DNA of 64,000 nucleotides from Gammaproteobacteria bacterium (lineage in GTDB: Bacteria > Pseudomonadota > Gammaproteobacteria > GCA-001735895). The stretch spans positions 3,428 to 67,427 of the forward strand of contig JBNKKI010000173.1 in the NCBI GenBank assembly GCA_050291745.1, given 5' to 3'. The notes below the pieces were generated by a model. That model searched no databases. It saw only the letters and a program-made list of their open reading frames with translations, and was not told the origin of the DNA. Within the stretch, counting starts at the first letter, position 1, and each line of letters opens with the position of its first letter. Made by a program: the position numbers and the translations under genes. This document shows, one piece after another, positions 9,536-18,424 of the stretch.

Positions 9536-10246
9536 ATGATAGATAAACGCGTAAGTTCAGTAGCAGAAGCCGTTGCCGATATACCTGATGGCGCCACCAT
9601 CATGATTGGTGGTTTCGGTGAAGCGGGCAGTCCCACCGAATTAATTCATGCCCTGATCGATCTTGGATCAAAAAATTTGACAGTCATCAATAATAACACC
9701 GGCAATGGTGAAATTGGACTGGCTGCCCTGATTGCACAGGGTCAGGTAAGAAAAATGATTTGCTCATATCCCCGATCAAGCCATTCAAAAGTGTTCCCGG
9801 TGCTTTACCGCAATGGCGATATCGAACTGGAAATAGTGCCACAGGGTACACTGGCTGAACGTATTCGAGCTGGTGGTGCTGGCATACCGGCTTTTTATAC
9901 TTCAACAACAGTGGGTACAGTTCTGGCTAAAGATAAAGAAATCCGGCAGTTCGATGGCCGTCAGTATGTCATGGAATATGCCCTGAAAGCTGATTTTGCA
10001 TTAATCAAATGCGAACAAGCAGATCGTCTGGGTAATTTAATCTACAATAAAACGGCCAGAAATTTTAATCCGGTTATGTGTACGGCTGCTACAACCACCA
10101 TTGTACAGGCACATCAAATTGTAGAAGTAGGTGAACTTGATCCGGAAGCGATTATCACAGCAAATATTTTTGTTAATCGTATTGTAGAAGTACAACAACC
10201 GTTAATTGAATCTGCAATGATTGCTGCGGGAGTACGTTATCCATGA
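9536..10246 (+). CDS. 3-oxoacid CoA-transferase subunit A (PcaI/ScoA-like)
   Basis: MIDKRVSSVAEAVADIPDGATIMIGGFGEAGSPTELI... matches family I CoA-transferase alpha subunits. Confidence 0.85.
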   Translation: MIDKRVSSVAEAVADIPDGATIMIGGFGEAGSPTELIHALIDLGSKNLTVINNNTGNGEIGLAALIAQGQVRKMICSYPRSSHSKVFPVLYRNGDIELEIVPQGTLAERIRAGGAGIPAFYTSTTVGTVLAKDKEIRQFDGRQYVMEYALKADFALIKCEQADRLGNLIYNKTARNFNPVMCTAATTTIVQAHQIVEVGELDPEAIITANIFVNRIVEVQQPLIESAMIAAGVRYP

Positions 10247-10911
10247 ATGAAATCAGCGATACTGTAAAAGGCTGGTCACGAGAAAAAATGGCTGAACTGG
10301 CAGCACAGGATATTCCCGACGGATCATATGTGAATTTAGGTATAGGTATTCCAGAAATGGTTGCAAAGTATAAACCTGAAGGTCGCGAGTTTATATACCA
10401 CACAGAAAATGGTCTGTTAGGTATGGGGCCGGAGCCTGCTCCAGCAGATCAGGATCATGAATTAATCAATGCGGGAAAAAAAGCGGTTAGCATTATGCCG
10501 GGTGGTTGTTATTTTCATCATGCCGATAGTTTTACTATGATTCGCGGCGGTCATATCGATGTATGCGTGTTAGGCGCTATGCAGGTTTCTGAACAGGGTG
10601 ATCTGGCAAACTGGTCAACCGGAGCGGCTGATGCTATTCCCGCTGTCGGAGGCGCCATGGATCTGGTTGCAGGAGTTAAAACCGTTTTCGTTATTACACA
10701 GCATACAACAAGAAATGGTGACGCTAAAATTGTTAAACAATGCAGCTACCCATTAACCGGCCCTAAAGTTGTCTCACGTATTTATACTGATTTATGCATT
10801 ATAGATGTGACAGATGAAGGCTTGAAAGTATTGAAACTGGCTCCTGGTATTAGTTTTGAAGAAGTCTGTGAAAAAACCGATGCCAGTTTAATAGCACCGC
10901 AGGAAATATAA
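10243..10911 (+). CDS. 3-oxoacid CoA-transferase subunit B (PcaJ/ScoB-like)
   Basis: Overlapping start with subunit A; SENG..G motif region (YHTENGLLGMGP) containing the catalytic Glu of beta subunits. Confidence 0.85.
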   Translation: MNEISDTVKGWSREKMAELAAQDIPDGSYVNLGIGIPEMVAKYKPEGREFIYHTENGLLGMGPEPAPADQDHELINAGKKAVSIMPGGCYFHHADSFTMIRGGHIDVCVLGAMQVSEQGDLANWSTGAADAIPAVGGAMDLVAGVKTVFVITQHTTRNGDAKIVKQCSYPLTGPKVVSRIYTDLCIIDVTDEGLKVLKLAPGISFEEVCEKTDASLIAPQEI

Positions 10912-10912
10912 A

Positions 10913-12226
10913 ATGATTTATCCTAAAAGCGCCCGACTATTTGAACGCGCTCAGAAAGTTCTGCCAGGTGGGCTTAGTCGAAATACACTGTTACGTGGTG
11001 CTCACCCTCTATATGTCAGCAAGGGTAAAGGTTCACTTGTGACCGATGTAGATGGTGTTGAACGTATTGATTTTGCCAATAATATGGCTTCTCTTATTCA
11101 TGGGCATGCATTTGAACCGGTTGTAGAAGCTGTCAGTAATCAACTTCAATTAGGCACAGCATTTACAATGGCCACTGAAGCCGAAATAATGCATGCCGAA
11201 CACCTTTGTTCTCGCTGTGAGAGTTTCGAAAAAATTCGCTTTGTCAATTCTGGTACTGAAGCTGTTATGGCTGGTATGAAAGCTGCAAGAGCTTTTACTG
11301 GTAGACATAAAATAGCTAAAGTTGAAGGCAGTTACCACGGTGCTTATGATTATGCAGAAGTTAGTCAGTCTCCCACTCCGGACAACTGGGGTGAACTGGA
11401 TCATCCTAATTCAATTCCGCTGGCAACAGGCACACCTGACTCGGTAAGCACAGACATGGTTATACTGCCTTTTAATGAACCCGATAAAGCGGTTGCCATT
11501 CTGGATCAATTTAAAAGTGAAATCGCCTGTGTGCTGATTGATCCGATTCCACATCGTATAGGCATGTCACCGGTCAGCCAGGCTTTCATAAAAAAGCTGG
11601 ATACATGGTGTAAGGCAAATGCTGCCCTATTGATGTTTGATGAAGTTATTACTTTACGTACAGAATATGGTGGTGCTCAACAGCGTTACGAAGCGATACC
11701 TGACCTGACTTCAATGGGTAAAATGATTGGCGGAGGTTTTCCGGTCGGTGCTCTGGCCGGTCGTAATGAAGTGATGCAGGTATTCACTAATGGAAAATTA
11801 CCTCACTCTGGAACTTTTTCAGCCAATCCGGTTACTATGACAGCTGGTCGGGTTGCTATGGAATTTTTTGACAGGCAATCCGTTGAGCGACTCAATCAAC
11901 TGGGCGATTATGCACGTCATAATTTAACAGAGGCAATAAAAATTGCTGATGTACCCGCCACGGTTACTGGTGCAGGTTCACTGTTAAGACTGCATTTAAA
12001 ATCACAGCTGCCAGCCAACTTTCGAGAAACTCACCTTCAAAAAAATGAACAACAGGCGCTCACCAGATTTATAAATGCTTTATATGATGATGGCATTATG
12101 ATGATTCATACCGGAGCGGCTGCGCTTTCAACCGCTATGGGCGAAACTGACATTGATCGTCTGGCTGAAGCTGTTGTCAGTGCCTTAGCTAAAATCAAAC
12201 CCATTCTGCTGGAGACTACATCATGA
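10913..12226 (+). CDS. Class III aminotransferase, glutamate-1-semialdehyde aminomutase-like (beta-amino acid type)
   Basis: VLPGGLSRN, VNSGTEAVM, ARAFTGRHKIAKVEGSYHG and DEVITL...GKMIGGGFPVGA align to GSAM/beta-transaminase family motifs. Confidence 0.8.
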   Translation: MIYPKSARLFERAQKVLPGGLSRNTLLRGAHPLYVSKGKGSLVTDVDGVERIDFANNMASLIHGHAFEPVVEAVSNQLQLGTAFTMATEAEIMHAEHLCSRCESFEKIRFVNSGTEAVMAGMKAARAFTGRHKIAKVEGSYHGAYDYAEVSQSPTPDNWGELDHPNSIPLATGTPDSVSTDMVILPFNEPDKAVAILDQFKSEIACVLIDPIPHRIGMSPVSQAFIKKLDTWCKANAALLMFDEVITLRTEYGGAQQRYEAIPDLTSMGKMIGGGFPVGALAGRNEVMQVFTNGKLPHSGTFSANPVTMTAGRVAMEFFDRQSVERLNQLGDYARHNLTEAIKIADVPATVTGAGSLLRLHLKSQLPANFRETHLQKNEQQALTRFINALYDDGIMMIHTGAAALSTAMGETDIDRLAEAVVSALAKIKPILLETTS

Positions 12227-13428
12227 GCGAGGCTTATATTTGTGATGCTGTTCGTACTCCGATTGGACGATATGGAGGTAGTCTTTCTTCAATACGTGCC
12301 GATGACCTGGGTGCATTACCACTGAAGGCATTACAGCAACGTAATCCAGAGATGGACTGGAATAGTGTTGATGATGTCATTTATGGCTGCGCTAATCAGG
12401 CGGGAGAAGATAATCGTAATGTAGCTCGTATGTCTTCATTGTTAGCAGGACTTCCGGTTGGCATTTCCGCCATGACTATAAACAGATTGTGTGGTTCAGG
12501 AATGGATGCCGTAGGCACTGCAGCACGGGCTATTAAATCAGGTGAAACACAATTAATGATTGCCGGTGGTGTCGAAAGTATGACACGCGCTCCTTTTGTA
12601 ATGCCCAAGGCAAACAATGCTTTTAGTCGTAGTAATGAATTGTATGACACGACTATGGGCTGGCGTTTTGTCAATAAATTAATACAACAGGAATATGGTG
12701 TAGAAAGCATGCCGGAAACCGCTGAAAATATTGCTGAAGAATTTGCTATATCGCGGCAAGATCAGGATTTATTCGCCTATCATTCTCAAATGAAAACGGC
12801 TCAGGCACAACAATCAGGAGTTCTGGCTGAAGAAATGATTCCTGTCTCCATCGCAAAGCGCAACAGTGATCCAGTTATTTTTGATCGAGATGAACATCCT
12901 CGCGCAGAAACCAGGCTGGAAAAACTATCATCTCTAAAAGCACTATTTCGTGAAAACGGGACAGTGACCGCCGGTAATGCATCCGGCATTAATGATGGAG
13001 CCTGTGCGCTGATCATTGCTTCTAAAAGTGCAATAGAAAAAAATGCACTGATACCTAAAGCAAGAATTGTAGCAATGGCAACTGCCGGTGTGCCACCCCG
13101 TATAATGGGAATGGGGCCTGTTAAAGCGATCCAGAAAATTATGCAGCAAACAGGTTTAACTTTAAAAGATATGGATGTCATAGAATTGAATGAAGCCTTT
13201 GCCGCACAGGCGCTGGCCTGCAATCGTGAACTGGGCCTGGCGGATGATGATTCACGCATTAATCCAAATGGTGGCGCTATCGCTCTGGGTCACCCCTTGG
13301 GTATGAGTGGTGCAAGACTTATTACAACAGCGGCTTATCAATTACAACGGTCGCAGAGTCGATATGCGCTGTGCAGTATGTGTATCGGTGTCGGTCAGGG
13401 AATTGCTGTTATCCTTGAACGCAGTTAA
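12223..13428 (+). CDS. 3-ketoacyl-CoA thiolase, beta-ketoadipyl-CoA thiolase-like (PcaF/PaaJ-like)
   Basis: ICDAVRTPIGRYGG...GCANQAGEDNRNVARM...NRLCGSGMDA N-terminus near-identical in pattern to PcaF; C-terminal GHPLGMSGARL and CIGVGQG active-site motifs. Confidence 0.85.
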   Translation: MSEAYICDAVRTPIGRYGGSLSSIRADDLGALPLKALQQRNPEMDWNSVDDVIYGCANQAGEDNRNVARMSSLLAGLPVGISAMTINRLCGSGMDAVGTAARAIKSGETQLMIAGGVESMTRAPFVMPKANNAFSRSNELYDTTMGWRFVNKLIQQEYGVESMPETAENIAEEFAISRQDQDLFAYHSQMKTAQAQQSGVLAEEMIPVSIAKRNSDPVIFDRDEHPRAETRLEKLSSLKALFRENGTVTAGNASGINDGACALIIASKSAIEKNALIPKARIVAMATAGVPPRIMGMGPVKAIQKIMQQTGLTLKDMDVIELNEAFAAQALACNRELGLADDDSRINPNGGAIALGHPLGMSGARLITTAAYQLQRSQSRYALCSMCIGVGQGIAVILERS

Positions 13429-13454
13429 CTTTAGCTTTTAACCGGGGAACTTAA

Positions 13455-14957
13455 ATGTCTTACAATGAAATATTAGAAAATCTTGATTTTGAGCCTTCTG
13501 ATTACCTTAATGGTAGCTTGCTCGTTCATTCTCCTATTGATGGCTCTCATATTTCTACTGTAGCTGAAATAAATGCATCCGAAATGGATACTATAATTGC
13601 TCAGGCGAAAATTGCATTTAACAGCTGGAAAAATGTACCTGCTCCCCGCCGTGGCGAACTGGTACGTTTACTGGCTGATGAATTACGAAAATCAAAACAG
13701 GAACTGGGTAAGCTGGTTACTTTAGAGTGTGGAAAAATATATTCTGAAGGATTGGGTGAAGTTCAGGAAATGATTGATATCTGTGATTTTGCAGTGGGTC
13801 TATCACGTCAACTGTATGGCTTAACTATTGCTTCCGAACGGCCAGGACACACGATGCGGGAAAGCTGGCAACCACTGGGAATAGTCGGCATTATTTCATC
13901 TTTTAATTTCCCGGTTGCCGTCTGGTCATGGAATACCGCGCTGGCACTGGTCTGTGGTAACAGTATTATCTGGAAACCTTCAGAAAAAACGCCTTTAACC
14001 GCTATTGCCTGTGGAAAAATCCTGAATCGTGCTCTGGCCCGATTTGCTGATGCACCGGCTAATCTTCACCAGATAGCAATAGGTGGCAGAGATATCGGTG
14101 AAGCTCTGGTGAAAAATCATGATATAGCTTTAATCAGTGCAACAGGCAGTACTCGTATGGGTAAAACAGTTGCACCGATAGTAGCCGAACGTTTTGGTCG
14201 TTCTATATTGGAGTTAGGTGGTAATAATGCAATGATAGTGACACCTTCTGCCGATCTGGATATGGCTGTGCGAGCTATTCTTTTCAGTGCAGTCGGAACC
14301 TGTGGGCAACGTTGTACATCACTGCGCCGTTTGATTGTTCATAAAGATATTAAAAATCAATTATTACCAAAAATAAAAAAAGCCTACGCCAGTATTAGTA
14401 TAGGTAATCCTCTGGATAGTAATAATCTTGTTGGCCCGTTAATTGATGAAAATGCCTATCAGGCTATGGAATCAGCTTTACAGAAAGCAGAAAAAGATGG
14501 GGCGAGAGTGACTGGTGGTGAACGAACATTAGTTGGTAAATATCCTGATGCTTATTATGTAAAACCAGCTATAGTAGAAATACAGGGTCAAAGTGAAATA
14601 GTTAAAAGTGAAACTTTCGCACCAATTCTATATGTTATGGAATATGAAGATTTTAATGATTCAATTAAAATGCAGAATGATGTACCTCAGGGCTTGTCTT
14701 CCTGTATCTTTACTAATGATGTACGTGAAAGTGAATACTTTTTATCTGTAAGCGGTTCTGATTGTGGTATTGCCAATGTTAACATAGGCCCGAGTGGTGC
14801 AGAAATTGGCGGTGCTTTCGGTGGTGAAAAAGAAACAGGTGGTGGTCGGGAATCCGGGTCCGATGCCTGGAAAAGTTATATGCGCAGACAGACCAATACC
14901 GTCAATTATTCCACAGAATTACCCCTGGCTCAGGGTGTGGAATTTAATATAGATTAA
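13455..14957 (+). CDS. ALDH7-family aldehyde dehydrogenase (alpha-aminoadipic semialdehyde/piperideine-6-carboxylate dehydrogenase-like)
   Basis: GEVQEMIDICDFAVGLSR and SGAEIGGAFGGEKETGGGRESGSDAWKSYMRRQTNTVNYS are hallmark ALDH7 (antiquitin/AmaB) segments. Confidence 0.85.
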   Translation: MSYNEILENLDFEPSDYLNGSLLVHSPIDGSHISTVAEINASEMDTIIAQAKIAFNSWKNVPAPRRGELVRLLADELRKSKQELGKLVTLECGKIYSEGLGEVQEMIDICDFAVGLSRQLYGLTIASERPGHTMRESWQPLGIVGIISSFNFPVAVWSWNTALALVCGNSIIWKPSEKTPLTAIACGKILNRALARFADAPANLHQIAIGGRDIGEALVKNHDIALISATGSTRMGKTVAPIVAERFGRSILELGGNNAMIVTPSADLDMAVRAILFSAVGTCGQRCTSLRRLIVHKDIKNQLLPKIKKAYASISIGNPLDSNNLVGPLIDENAYQAMESALQKAEKDGARVTGGERTLVGKYPDAYYVKPAIVEIQGQSEIVKSETFAPILYVMEYEDFNDSIKMQNDVPQGLSSCIFTNDVRESEYFLSVSGSDCGIANVNIGPSGAEIGGAFGGEKETGGGRESGSDAWKSYMRRQTNTVNYSTELPLAQGVEFNID

Positions 14958-15118
14958 ACCTGGAAAAAAACAGTATTTATATTTTACCGTTGATATTCTG
15001 GTGATCAGCGGCAGATTTAACAGACTGATTTTTTATAAGCTTATCAACTGCGATACTAAATTAATTAGTATCGCGCAATAAAAAACTTGCAGATTTTTGC
15101 TGCGAATATTTGAAAGTT

Positions 15119-15310
15119 TTAGTGCGTCAGCTGTCTGTACTGTGAAAATAATTTCACAGATAAATTATGAGCCTTGTTGTGTAGCCATTTTTTAAAATCT
15201 GAAGCTAATTCTGCAATATAATCTGCACGCATTTGTTCTGCTTCGTGCATATAATAGTTCAGGTCTATTTCACCATTTTCGTCGGTTTTAAATTCAAATT
15301 CATTTGTCAT
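15119..15310 (-). CDS. Small hypothetical protein (63 aa from the RBS-supported start)
   Basis: AGGGGAA RBS before ATG 15310 (MTNEFEFKTDENGEIDLNYYMHEAEQMRADYIAELASDFKKW...); divergent from the LysR at 15356; no recognisable family. Confidence 0.3.
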   Translation of the reverse strand: MTNEFEFKTDENGEIDLNYYMHEAEQMRADYIAELASDFKKWLHNKAHNLSVKLFSQYRQLTH

Positions 15311-15355
15311 GTCGTTCCCCTGTAAAGCTATGGTTAGGATATTAGTATTCAATTA

Positions 15356-16315
15356 TTGATTGCACAAACGATCATATTTCAGCAGAATGATGAATATTAT
15401 TCACCTGAGAAAACTGTCATCAGACGCCTACCGCCATTAAATTCACTTCGGGTATTTGAATCTGCCGCCAGGCATGAAAGTTTCGCTGCGGCCGCAGAAG
15501 AATTATTTATTACCGCATCCGCTGTGAGTCATCAGGTAAAAGCGCTGGAAAGATATCTGGGCCTGAAATTATTTAACCGTCTTAATCGTAAGGTAGAACT
15601 GACCGCAGCAGGCCGAAATTATCTGACTCCGGTCAAGCAATCTCTGAATGAAATGGAAGTTGCTACTCAGCATATAGTTTCTAATCCTGAGACTGAAATT
15701 GTAACCATTAGTACGGCACCAAATTTTCTGGTGCGCTGGTTAATGCCTCGCTTAAAAGACTTTCAGCAAAAGTACCCGGATGTTGAATTACAGTTAACGG
15801 CATCCAATGATATTGTTGATTTATACAAAACGAATATCGACATGGCGATTTATTTTGGGCATGGCGACTGGCACGATATCGATGTGCATTTTCTGCATAA
15901 AGTTTATCTGGTACCCGTATGCAGTCCTGATTTATTATCAGAAGGTTTAACGCTGGATGAACCGGAAGATTTAAAAAAATTTACTTTGATTCATGTGACA
16001 AAGCGATTATTTGAGTGGCCGGAGTGGCTGGAACTGGCCAACATGACGAGCAAAGGATTTTCCAGAGGCCTGCAATTATCCAGTAGTCAATTAGCGACTT
16101 CAGCTGCACGTGAATGCTTAGGTATTGCGTTAGCTGATTCAACCCTGACTGCGCGGGAAATTGAACAGGGAAAATTACTCAAGCCATTTGATTTACTACT
16201 GGATAGTCAAAGATCGTTTTATCTGGTTCAACAAAAAAACAGACCTATGACAGAAGGTATGCGCGTATTTAAAGACTGGCTTATTTCAGAAATGAAAAAG
16301 AATACGGATGCTTAG
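15356..16315 (+). CDS. LysR-family transcriptional regulator, GcvA-like
   Basis: RRLPPLNSLRVFESAARHESFAAAAEELFITASAVSHQVKALERYLGLKLFNR closely follows the GcvA N-terminal HTH; no ATG/GTG in the 5' region so the exact start is uncertain (TTG 15356 as in the track). Confidence 0.75.
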   Translation: MIAQTIIFQQNDEYYSPEKTVIRRLPPLNSLRVFESAARHESFAAAAEELFITASAVSHQVKALERYLGLKLFNRLNRKVELTAAGRNYLTPVKQSLNEMEVATQHIVSNPETEIVTISTAPNFLVRWLMPRLKDFQQKYPDVELQLTASNDIVDLYKTNIDMAIYFGHGDWHDIDVHFLHKVYLVPVCSPDLLSEGLTLDEPEDLKKFTLIHVTKRLFEWPEWLELANMTSKGFSRGLQLSSSQLATSAARECLGIALADSTLTAREIEQGKLLKPFDLLLDSQRSFYLVQQKNRPMTEGMRVFKDWLISEMKKNTDA

Positions 16316-16366
16316 ATAAACGCTAATCAATTTATAATTTTGAGACTCAGGGAGTTAAACACTCAT

Positions 16367-18124
16367 TTAATAATGATAAGCCTTTTCGACCATATTTTTA
16401 CTTAATACGCCGAAAATATAATGCTTATTTGAATGCGTACTACGTTCTACAAAGAGAGCTTCAAAGTTTCCCTTTTCAAGTAATTCATAAGCTTCCTGTA
16501 AATCGGCTTCCAGATGAATCGAGCCAACCTGCCAGCGCAACGCTGGAATTTCCAGCAGATTGATAAACTCAAGTTCTTTACCCTTATTGGTTTCTATATA
16601 TTTTGCCAGTTCGATTGCAGGCATCAGGGCTTCCGGCATATTCTCATTATCGATAAGAATAAATAGAGGTTTATTTTTCAGTATTTCATGTGCCAGACGA
16701 GAGGAAATGAGATTATCCACATGTAAAAAATTCTGTTCCATGACACTACCAACACCCATCCGTCGCAGGCTTTGCAAAATGGGGTTGGTATTATAATCCT
16801 GGCCGGAACTTTTCAGCATAGACAGAAACAGGGATTCCTTTCTGAATAATTCACTGGCCGTTACTCCGGAGATAACTACCGCCAGCATACCGGGTAAAAT
16901 TACAGCTGGATTATCTGTCAGTTCCAACATTGCCACCAGCGCGGCAAGTGGTGCCTGTAGACTGGCCGACATCATTGCTCCCATGCCAAGTAGAGCATAA
17001 AAGCCAACTTCAGTATCAAGCTCAAATGGGAGTAACAGAAATATTTTTGCAAGCAGTGCTCCCAGCATTGCGCCAATAAAAAGTGTCGGCCCGATCATAC
17101 CGCCAGGTACGCCCAATCCGACAACGATAGAGGTTGCCAGCAATTTACCGATAACCAGAAAAACCAGCAGAACAATAGTTAAATGTCCATTTAAGGCAAG
17201 TTCAACCGTATCGTATCCAATACTCATCAGTTGTGGAATAAACATTCCGCTAAGACCCATAAAAGCGCCAGCCAATAATAAGCGCCACCAGATAGGGATT
17301 TGCTTACTACTACTGGCAAAATGCTGTAATAAATGTATAAAAATTGCTGATACTGTACCCGCCAGAAGGCCCAGAATAACGACCAGAAATAAATCACTCA
17401 ATGAACCCATTTCCATGATAGGAACGGCAAAGGCGGGGGCAGTACCAAATACAGCATTCGACAGGGTAGTCGCCGCTACTGCGGCTAAAATCACTGGAAT
17501 AAAACTGCTTAAAGTATATTCCATCAGCACCACTTCCAGTGCAAAAATAACGCCAGCCAGGGGCGTGTTAAATGAAGCAGCAATACCCGCAGCAGTGCCG
17601 CAGGCGACGAATATCCGAATAGTATTATTAGGAAGCGAAAAATATTGCCCCATCAGGCTGGCAGCAGCCGCACCCAGAAACACATGAGGGCCTTCCCGGC
17701 CTACCGAGTGACCACTGATTATGGCGATGGCTGCGCCCACAAACTGCAGTATAAAACCACGTATAGTGAAATGCGCCTGATGATAGGTCATACGTTCCAT
17801 GACCCTGGCCACACCTAAAACATGCATTCCTTTACCAGCATAACGAAATAATAGAGCAAGCAGAATTGCCCCGATGATCGGAAAGGTGAAATTCGCCCAT
17901 TCAGGTAAAGCTTCATAATTATCAGATCCCTGACCGGGTAGAATAAAGTCCTGACTATTCTCAACCAGCATTCGAAACAGGATGATTACTGCTCCTGAAA
18001 GTAATCCGCTGAGTAAACCGAATAAAGATAAAGGCAATAAGGCATCAGAACGGGCAAGATGAATACGCATGGTATCCAGTCGATTGATACGTTGATAAGC
18101 GTTATTGACCGATTCTTTTTTCAA
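16367..18124 (-). CDS. ClC-family chloride channel/H+-Cl- antiporter with C-terminal CBS pair
   Basis: 585 aa, GREGP, GIFAP-like and GVPGGMIGPTLFIGA selectivity-filter-type motifs, C-terminal CBS-like ~130 aa. Confidence 0.85.
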   Translation of the reverse strand: MKKESVNNAYQRINRLDTMRIHLARSDALLPLSLFGLLSGLLSGAVIILFRMLVENSQDFILPGQGSDNYEALPEWANFTFPIIGAILLALLFRYAGKGMHVLGVARVMERMTYHQAHFTIRGFILQFVGAAIAIISGHSVGREGPHVFLGAAAASLMGQYFSLPNNTIRIFVACGTAAGIAASFNTPLAGVIFALEVVLMEYTLSSFIPVILAAVAATTLSNAVFGTAPAFAVPIMEMGSLSDLFLVVILGLLAGTVSAIFIHLLQHFASSSKQIPIWWRLLLAGAFMGLSGMFIPQLMSIGYDTVELALNGHLTIVLLVFLVIGKLLATSIVVGLGVPGGMIGPTLFIGAMLGALLAKIFLLLPFELDTEVGFYALLGMGAMMSASLQAPLAALVAMLELTDNPAVILPGMLAVVISGVTASELFRKESLFLSMLKSSGQDYNTNPILQSLRRMGVGSVMEQNFLHVDNLISSRLAHEILKNKPLFILIDNENMPEALMPAIELAKYIETNKGKELEFINLLEIPALRWQVGSIHLEADLQEAYELLEKGNFEALFVERSTHSNKHYIFGVLSKNMVEKAYHY

Positions 18125-18258
18125 AACAAGTTCAAACTTCTTAAGGTTTATTTAGTGTATTACTTATTTCACTAAAATGTCAGTTAGTTTATTTTGCTGA
18201 AAACACAAGTTTTTATCCAATAATACAATTCGCAATTCTGCTATTATCTGCAGCCTTA

Positions 18259-18390
18259 AACCTGGAATCCGCAGTTGGACGAGTCAGTTCGTAGCGGGAT
18301 GTCCCGATTGGGTGATTATACACATCAACTGTCATGGTTTATGAAACAGTGGGTTAAGCTCTATTGCGAGCGGTCAACTGCGGAATTCAG
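18259..18390 (-). repeat. MITE-like repeat family A, truncated copy A2 (~132 bp), inverted orientation
   Basis: Begins AACCTGGAATCCGCAGTTGGACGAGT (inverse of A1 right end) and ends GAGCGGTCAACTGCGGAATTCAG; lacks the ~105-bp internal stem-loop module. Confidence 0.7.
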
Positions 18391-18424
18391 CTTAAACTAA
18401 CCCGGAAATATATAAGCCATAAAA

